DNA from: an uncultured Chloroflexia bacterium
GTDB lineage: Bacteria > Chloroflexota > Limnocylindria > Limnocylindrales > CSP1-4
Reading direction: 5' to 3'
Assembly (NCBI GenBank): GCA_963749705.1
Contig: CAVVNQ010000003.1
Span: 96,001-160,000 of the forward strand
DNA length: 64,000 bases
The notes under the pieces are model-generated. The model saw nothing but the letters and a program-made list of their open reading frames with translations. It was not told the DNA's origin and searched no databases. Numbering within the stretch: position 1 is the first letter of the stretch; each line of letters starts with the position of its first letter. Below are positions 48,328-54,584 of the stretch, in pieces. A program made the translations under genes and the position numbers.

Positions 48328-48684
48328 GTGACCGGGATCTGGTACGTCGTCGGGTTCGCCTTCGCCGGCGTCTCGTTCGTCTTCCTGACGATCGGGCTGG
48401 CGTGGCTGATCTCGCATCGATCGCGAGGTGACCGACACAAGGGCTATCCGTACGAGTCGGGCATCGACACGTACGGCGACACCCATGCCCGCTTCGGCAT
48501 CTCGTTCTACATCTATGCGCTGCTGTTCGTCGCGTTCGACATCGAGGTCGTGTTCATCTACCTGTGGGCGCTGGTCTTCCGGGACCTGCTGCTGGGCGGC
48601 TTCGTGAGCATGCTGATCTTCGTGGGGATCCTGCTCGTCGGGCTCGCGTACGCCTGGCGCAAGGGGGTGCTCACATGGCGATGA
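48328..48684 (+). CDS. nuoA: NADH-quinone oxidoreductase subunit A
   Basis: PYESG, FYIYALLFVAFDIEVVFIYLWA, YAWRKGVLTW. Confidence 0.95.
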   Translation: MTGIWYVVGFAFAGVSFVFLTIGLAWLISHRSRGDRHKGYPYESGIDTYGDTHARFGISFYIYALLFVAFDIEVVFIYLWALVFRDLLLGGFVSMLIFVGILLVGLAYAWRKGVLTWR

Positions 48685-49436
48685 CCCCGCCCGGTCCGGA
48701 CGACCGGGAGCTCGGCGCCGGGCCGGACGGCGGAACCGAGACATCCGAGCCCACCGGCCAGCGTCCCTCATCGCTCGTCAGCGCCACGCCGCGCGACCTC
48801 ACCCAGCCGATCGTGGTGCCCAACACGTTGTGGACGTCGACCCGCCCCGAGGCGTACGGCGGCGGGCTGCCGACCGAGGACACGCACCTGCGCGAGCTGG
48901 TGGGATCGCCGCTCGTGACCAGGGACGATGCGCGCTGGGGCGCGCTCGACGTCATCCCCACGAAGGCCGACCTGATCCTGGACCTGATCCGGATGAACAG
49001 CCTGTGGCCGCTCCTGTCCGGGCTCGCGTGCTGCGCCTTCGAGATGATGTCGGCCGCGACGTCCAAGAACGACATGGACCGCTGGGGCATGTTCCCGTTC
49101 CGCGCCTCGCCCCGGCAGGCGGACGTGCTGATCGTTGCCGGGACCCTGACGACCAAGATGGCCGGCCCCCTGATCCGCCTGTGGGAGCAGATGCCGGAGC
49201 CCAAGTGGTGCGTGGCGATGGGCGACTGCACCTGCTCCGGTGGCCGCTACAAGCGCAGCTACTCGACCATCGAGGGGATCGACCGGGTGATGCCGGTCGA
49301 CGTCTACGTGCCCGGTTGCCCGCCCCGGCCGGAAGGCCTGATCTACGGGATGCTCAAGCTCGGGCAGCTGGTCAAGGAGCGCCGCGGGGAATGGCCGGAT
49401 CGCCCGATCGGACCCTCAGTTCCGGAGGACGTCTGA
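48675..49436 (+). CDS. nuoB: NADH-quinone oxidoreductase subunit B
   Basis: GLACCAFEM, RASPRQAD, QMPEPKW, MGDC, PGCPPRPE. Confidence 0.96.
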   Translation: MAMTPPGPDDRELGAGPDGGTETSEPTGQRPSSLVSATPRDLTQPIVVPNTLWTSTRPEAYGGGLPTEDTHLRELVGSPLVTRDDARWGALDVIPTKADLILDLIRMNSLWPLLSGLACCAFEMMSAATSKNDMDRWGMFPFRASPRQADVLIVAGTLTTKMAGPLIRLWEQMPEPKWCVAMGDCTCSGGRYKRSYSTIEGIDRVMPVDVYVPGCPPRPEGLIYGMLKLGQLVKERRGEWPDRPIGPSVPEDV

Positions 49437-49437
49437 C

Positions 49438-49986
49438 GTGGACCGGAGCCTCCGCAAGCGACTCGAGGCGCACTTTGGCGAGCGCCTGACGGGCCCGGTC
49501 CGCCAGCGCCACGACGAGACCGAGATCAGGATCCGCCCGGCCGACGTGACCCAGGTCATGCGAGACCTCCATGACGACCCGGCGTTCGGCTTCGAGATCC
49601 TCGCCGACCTCGCCGGCGTCGACACCGGAACGGACATGCAGGTCGTCTACCACCTGTGGTCGCCGCTCACGCCGGACTGGCTGCGGATCATCGCGGTCGG
49701 CATGCCGCGCGACGACCCGCGCGTCCCGTCCCTCACCGGCCTGTGGCCGGGCGCGGAGTGGATGGAGCGCGAGACGTACGACATGTTCGGGATCATCTTC
49801 GAGGGCAACCGGGACCTGCGGCGCATCTACATGCCACCCGACTACACGAGCTTTCCGCTGCGCAAGGACTTCTACCTTGCCGATGACGCGGCCCGGTCGC
49901 CCGGGGCCGGCGTCCGGCACATGGAGCAGACGCAGGTTCCCAACCAGGCGACGCCGTCGGTCGTCCGCCGGACCGTGAAGGCCTGA
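49438..49986 (+). CDS. nuoC: NADH-quinone oxidoreductase subunit C
   Basis: DLAGVD, VPSL, AEWMERETYDMFGI.FEG..DLRRI, PLRKDF. Confidence 0.95.
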   Translation: MDRSLRKRLEAHFGERLTGPVRQRHDETEIRIRPADVTQVMRDLHDDPAFGFEILADLAGVDTGTDMQVVYHLWSPLTPDWLRIIAVGMPRDDPRVPSLTGLWPGAEWMERETYDMFGIIFEGNRDLRRIYMPPDYTSFPLRKDFYLADDAARSPGAGVRHMEQTQVPNQATPSVVRRTVKA

Positions 49987-49987
49987 C

Positions 49988-51226
49988 ATGACCGCCCCCA
50001 CCACCCCCCGCCAGCACCCGTCCGCGGACGATCCGCGGATCATGCTCGACGACCAGATCGGCGCGTTCGAGACCATTCCGCCGTACCCGCCGCGCACGGA
50101 ACGAGAATCCGAGTTCTTCGCGCTGGGCGACGGCGAGATGTTCCTCAACATGGGACCTCACCACCCGTCCACGCACGGCGTGCTCCGGGTCGTGCTCAAG
50201 ATCAACGGCGAGCAGGTCGTGGACCTGGACCCGGTCCTGGGGTACCTCCACCGCGGCGTCGAGAAGCTGTGCGAGAACTCGGACTACCACCACATCATCA
50301 GCCAGGTCGACCCGCTCGAGTACGTGAGCTCGCTGTTCTGCGAGTGGGCCCCGGTCATGTCGTTCGAGAAGCTCCTGGACGTCCAGGTTCCGCGCCGGGC
50401 CGAGTACATCCGGGTCCTCACCGGCGAGCTCCTGCGCATCTCCAGCCACGTCCTGTTCCAGGGGTTCATGGCCCTGGACCTGGGCGGCCTGACGCCGATC
50501 CTGTACGGCTTCATCGAGCGCGACGAGATCGTGGAGATGCTGGCCGCGGTCACGGGCCAGCGGATGCTGTTCAACTACTTCCGCATCGGCGGGGTCAACG
50601 GCGACCTCAACCACGAGTTCATGTCCCGGCTGGGTGACTGGATGAGCCGGGCGCTGACCCAGGCGGAGGCGAACGCCGGGCTGCTCAACGAGAACGAGAT
50701 CTTCGTCCGCCGGATGCGGGACATCGGCAGGCTCGACCGCGAGACGGCGCTGCGGATGGGCGTCACCGGCCCCAACCTGCGCGCCGCGGGCGTCGCCTAT
50801 GACCTCCGCCGGGCCCACCCGTACTCCGTCTACCCGGAGCTCGAGTTCGACATCCCGACACGTGGCGCCGAGCGCGGTGGCGACAGCCTCGACCGCTACC
50901 TGCTGCGCCTCGACGAGATCAAGCAGAGCCTGCGGATCATCGACCAGTGCCTCCACAACATGCCCGATGGACCGGTCATGGCCAAGCTGCCGCGGCTGCT
51001 GCGGCCGCGCCCGGGCCGGGCCTGGGCCGCGGTCGAGGCCCCCCGCGGCCTGTTCGGGACGTACGCGGTCTCGGATGGCACCGACCAGCCGTTCCGGCTC
51101 AAGATCCACGACCCCTCGTTCGTCAACCTCCAGCTGGTCCCGCTGCTCGTGAAGGGCAACCTGATCGCCGACACGATGGCCGTGATGTCCTCGCTGGATC
51201 CGATCATGGGCGGCGTCGACAAGTGA
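49988..51226 (+). CDS. nuoD: NADH-quinone oxidoreductase subunit D
   Basis: NMGPHHPSTHGVLR, GYLHRGVEK, EAPRG, PSFVNLQ, SLDPIMGGVDK. Confidence 0.96.
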   Translation: MTAPTTPRQHPSADDPRIMLDDQIGAFETIPPYPPRTERESEFFALGDGEMFLNMGPHHPSTHGVLRVVLKINGEQVVDLDPVLGYLHRGVEKLCENSDYHHIISQVDPLEYVSSLFCEWAPVMSFEKLLDVQVPRRAEYIRVLTGELLRISSHVLFQGFMALDLGGLTPILYGFIERDEIVEMLAAVTGQRMLFNYFRIGGVNGDLNHEFMSRLGDWMSRALTQAEANAGLLNENEIFVRRMRDIGRLDRETALRMGVTGPNLRAAGVAYDLRRAHPYSVYPELEFDIPTRGAERGGDSLDRYLLRLDEIKQSLRIIDQCLHNMPDGPVMAKLPRLLRPRPGRAWAAVEAPRGLFGTYAVSDGTDQPFRLKIHDPSFVNLQLVPLLVKGNLIADTMAVMSSLDPIMGGVDK

Positions 51227-52575
51227 CCACGCTCAACCGCGCCTGGGGCAACCTGACCGTGACCGGCAAGGTCCTGCTGCCGCTGCTGTTCCTGGTGCTG
51301 GTCGCGGGTCCGATCCTGATCGTGCTGATCGCCCAGTTCGTGGCGCCGTTCCTGGTGGACCTGCTGGGCGCGAACCTGGACATCGTCCGGTTCGTCGTCG
51401 CGGTCACGGGCGTGCTGGTGTTCAGCATCCCGACCGCGTTCATCATCATCTACATGGAGCTCAAGGTCATCGCCCGGATGAACCTGCGGATCGGGCCCAA
51501 CCGGATCGGGCCGGCCGGAGCCGCGATGTCCGTGGTGCACGGGCTCAAGGTCCTCATGAAGGAGGACTTCACGCCGACCGGCGCCGACCACCTGGTGTTC
51601 ACGATCGCACCGGTGATCGTGTTCCTGACCGCCGTCATGACCTTCCTGGTCATCCCGTTCGGGCCCGGGCTCGTCGGGCAGGACTTCAACATCGGCCTGC
51701 TGTACCTGTTCGCGGTCGGTGGCATGAGCGTCGTCGGCCTGCTGATCGCCGGCTGGGCGAGCACCAACAAGTACTCGCTGCTGGGCGGCCTCCGTGCGGC
51801 GGCACAGGTCGTGAGCTACGAGATCCCGCTCACGCTGTCCGTCGTCGGCCTCATCCTGCTGGCGGGCACGATGAGCCTCAACCAGATCGCGGGGCAGCAG
51901 GCGGGCTGGTTCACGGACTGGTTCGTGTTCCGCCAGCCGCTGGGGGCGCTGATCTTCTTCATCGCGGCCACCGCCGAGGCGAACCGAACCCCGTTCGACC
52001 TGTCCGAAGCGGACTCGGAGATCGTGGCCGGCTTCGCGACCGAGTACTCGGGGATGCGGTTCGGGTTCCTTTTCTTCGCCGAGTACGTCAACGTGTTCAT
52101 CATCTCGGCGCTGCTGGTGACCCTGTTCTTCGGCGCCTGGAACGCGCCGTTCCCGTTCCCGCAGGTCGAGGTCGCCCTCGATCCGGGCACGCTGGGGATC
52201 GGCCTGCTGATCCTGATCGCCGCGGCCCCGGTGGTGCTGACCCTGGTGTTCGCCGCGCCGATCTACCTCATGCGCAGCTCCACCCCCGCCTGGCAGGCGC
52301 TGGTGCTCGGCTTCGTGATGTTCAACGTGGTCGCCATCGGCGCCGTGTTCGGCATCGCGTATGCCGGGCTCGACTGGATGGCCGGCCTCGTGTGGTTCAT
52401 GGGCAAGTCGTACGTGTTCGTGTTCGTGTTCGTGTGGATGCGCGCCACGTTCCCGCGCGTGCGCATCGACCAGCTGATGGGGTTCGCCTGGAAGTGGCTG
52501 CTGCCCGCGGCGCTGCTCAACCTGTTCGTGACGGCCGCGGCGATCGTGGTCGTCGACACGCTGAAGGCCGGCTGA
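51223..52575 (+). CDS. nuoH: NADH-quinone oxidoreductase subunit H (extended)
   Basis: GPNRIGP, KVLMKED, SLLGGLRAAAQVVSYE, EANRTPFDLSEADSE, EYSG, RATFPRVRIDQLM. Confidence 0.95.
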   Translation: MTTLNRAWGNLTVTGKVLLPLLFLVLVAGPILIVLIAQFVAPFLVDLLGANLDIVRFVVAVTGVLVFSIPTAFIIIYMELKVIARMNLRIGPNRIGPAGAAMSVVHGLKVLMKEDFTPTGADHLVFTIAPVIVFLTAVMTFLVIPFGPGLVGQDFNIGLLYLFAVGGMSVVGLLIAGWASTNKYSLLGGLRAAAQVVSYEIPLTLSVVGLILLAGTMSLNQIAGQQAGWFTDWFVFRQPLGALIFFIAATAEANRTPFDLSEADSEIVAGFATEYSGMRFGFLFFAEYVNVFIISALLVTLFFGAWNAPFPFPQVEVALDPGTLGIGLLILIAAAPVVLTLVFAAPIYLMRSSTPAWQALVLGFVMFNVVAIGAVFGIAYAGLDWMAGLVWFMGKSYVFVFVFVWMRATFPRVRIDQLMGFAWKWLLPAALLNLFVTAAAIVVVDTLKAG

Positions 52576-52579
52576 GCCG

Positions 52580-53245
52580 ATGAGCATGATCCCCGGCATG
52601 GGCCTGGTCCGCGGCATGAGCCTGACGCTGCGGCGGTTCTTCGCGCCCAAGGCGACCATCCAGTGGCCCGAGGTCCGCGCGGACGTCGCGCCCAAGTTCC
52701 GCGGCCGGCTGCAGCTCCTCTACGACGAGTACGGCACGCTCAAGTGCGAGACCTGCTTCCAGTGCGCCCAGGCCTGCCCGATCGAGTGCATCGACATGGG
52801 TGGCATCGACACCAAGGGCCGCTTCCACGTCCACTGGGGCGCACCCGAGACGTACGACGAGCGGCGCGAGGAATCGGCGATGCGACGCGCCGGGCGACCG
52901 GTTGCCGACGCCGCGTTCACCCGCTTCGAGGGGATCGACCTCGCCCCGCTCGACGCGATCCTCGAGGCGCACGACTACGACCCCAAGGACATGCTCGCGA
53001 TCCTCGAGGAGACACAGGCCGAGTACGGCTACCTGCCGGTCGCGTCGCTCAAGCACATCTCGCGGGTGACGGGCGCCTGGTACGCGATGATCTACGGCAC
53101 CGCGACGTACTACCGGCACCTGCGGTTCGAGCCGCCCGCGGTCGACGACGCGCCGGCGGCCGGCGAGGCGCACCTGGCCGCGGAGCAGGCCTACCGGTCG
53201 TCGCTCGGCGCCTCGCTGGGCTATGGCGACGGGGGCGCACGCTGA
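52580..53245 (+). CDS. Fusion: N-terminal half of NuoI + N-terminal helical domain of NuoE
   Basis: TIQWPE...PKFRGR...KCETCFQCAQACPIECI (one motif only), then AILEETQAEYGYLP...IYGTATYY..LRFEP. Confidence 0.85.
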   Translation: MSMIPGMGLVRGMSLTLRRFFAPKATIQWPEVRADVAPKFRGRLQLLYDEYGTLKCETCFQCAQACPIECIDMGGIDTKGRFHVHWGAPETYDERREESAMRRAGRPVADAAFTRFEGIDLAPLDAILEAHDYDPKDMLAILEETQAEYGYLPVASLKHISRVTGAWYAMIYGTATYYRHLRFEPPAVDDAPAAGEAHLAAEQAYRSSLGASLGYGDGGAR

Positions 53246-54573
53246 TGGCCCCGTTCCTCACCACGCCGCCGGACTGGCCCCGGATCCTCACCGGTCGCGC
53301 GGACGCGATCTCGGCGGATCCGTCGGACCTCGACGCCGCGGTCGCCGCCGGCGCGTTCGACGGCCTGAGGGTCGCGGTTCGCGACCTGGGCGCCACGGGA
53401 ACGATCGCCACGATCGCCGCGTCCGGACTGCGCGGCCGCGGCGGCGGCGGCTTCCCCACCGCCCGCAAGTGGCGCGCGGCCGCCGGACGTCCCGTGGACC
53501 AGCGATACGTGGTGGCCAACGGCTACGGCGCGGACCCCGCGGTCCGGACCGACGCGACGCTGATGGCCGCCGATCCGTGGGCGGTCATCGAGGGCCTGGT
53601 CATCGCGGCCTTCGCCACCGGCGCGACCGAGGCCATCATCGCGGTCCGCGCCGAGGATGCCGCCCTGATCACGCTGCTCGAGGGCGCCGCCGCGGCGGCG
53701 GAGGAGGCCGGCTTCGCCGGCGATGACGTGCTCGGCTCCCGCCATCGCGTGGGGATCACGATCCGTCCCGTCCAGGGCGCGTACATGCTGGGCGAGGAGA
53801 CGGTGCTGCTCAAGGCGCTCGAGGGACGGCGCGGCCAGCCCGAGCAGCGACCGCCGTACCCCACCGAGCGGGGCCTGTTCGGCAAGCCGACGGTGGTCAA
53901 CAACATCCAGACGCTGGCCGCGGTCCCGTGGATCGTGAAGCAGGGCGGACCGGCGTACGCCGCGATCGGCAGCCCGGCGAGCCCGGGCACCATGCTGGTC
54001 CAGCTCCGCGGCCCCCAGGGGGCGGGCATCGCGGAGGTCCCGCTCGGGACGCCGTTGCGCGACCTGGTCGAGCTCGCCGGCGGGACCGGCAAGCACACCC
54101 TGAAGGCCGTCCTGGTCGGCGGCCCGACGGGCGGGCTGCTGCCACCCGGGATGCTCGACACGCCGTTCGAGTTCGACGCGCTGCGTGCCGCCGGCGCCCA
54201 CATCGGCTCCGGCTCGGTGGTCGTGGCCGACGAGCGCGCCTGCATCGTGGACCTCGCGCGTCTCCTGACCCGGTTCTCCGCCGACGAGGCGTGCGGCAAG
54301 TCGATCCCCTGCCGGATCGGCCTCCGCCGCCTGTACGAGATCGGCGAACGCGTCGCATCCGGGCGGCCGCTGCCGACCGACGCCACGCTCATCGAGGACC
54401 TCGCCCACGACGTGGCCGCCTCCGGCCTGTGCGACCACGAGCGCCTGGCGACCCTGCCGTTCACCAGCGGGATGCGATACTTCCGCTCCGAGATCGATGA
54501 CCACATTCTCCGCAGCTCCTGCCCCGCCGGCGTGTGTCAGCCGATCGCGGTGGCGGCGGGCGCCGCGCACTAG
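53245..54573 (+). CDS. NuoF/HydB-like flavoprotein (degenerate motifs)
   Basis: SGLRGRGGGGFPT..KW, GAYMLGEET, PPYP...GLFGKPTVVNNIQT, GGPTGG, EACGKSIPCRIG, SCPAGVC. Confidence 0.88.
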   Translation: MAPFLTTPPDWPRILTGRADAISADPSDLDAAVAAGAFDGLRVAVRDLGATGTIATIAASGLRGRGGGGFPTARKWRAAAGRPVDQRYVVANGYGADPAVRTDATLMAADPWAVIEGLVIAAFATGATEAIIAVRAEDAALITLLEGAAAAAEEAGFAGDDVLGSRHRVGITIRPVQGAYMLGEETVLLKALEGRRGQPEQRPPYPTERGLFGKPTVVNNIQTLAAVPWIVKQGGPAYAAIGSPASPGTMLVQLRGPQGAGIAEVPLGTPLRDLVELAGGTGKHTLKAVLVGGPTGGLLPPGMLDTPFEFDALRAAGAHIGSGSVVVADERACIVDLARLLTRFSADEACGKSIPCRIGLRRLYEIGERVASGRPLPTDATLIEDLAHDVAASGLCDHERLATLPFTSGMRYFRSEIDDHILRSSCPAGVCQPIAVAAGAAH

Positions 54574-54584
54574 GACCCGAGCGA

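Noticed and set aside
52580-53245. nuoI/nuoE as pseudogene fragments or a frameshift artefact
   Set aside because: One continuous frame; the complementary NuoI half is intact in Z; gene junctions are tightly coupled; no 2Fe-2S NuoE remainder is seen in other frames
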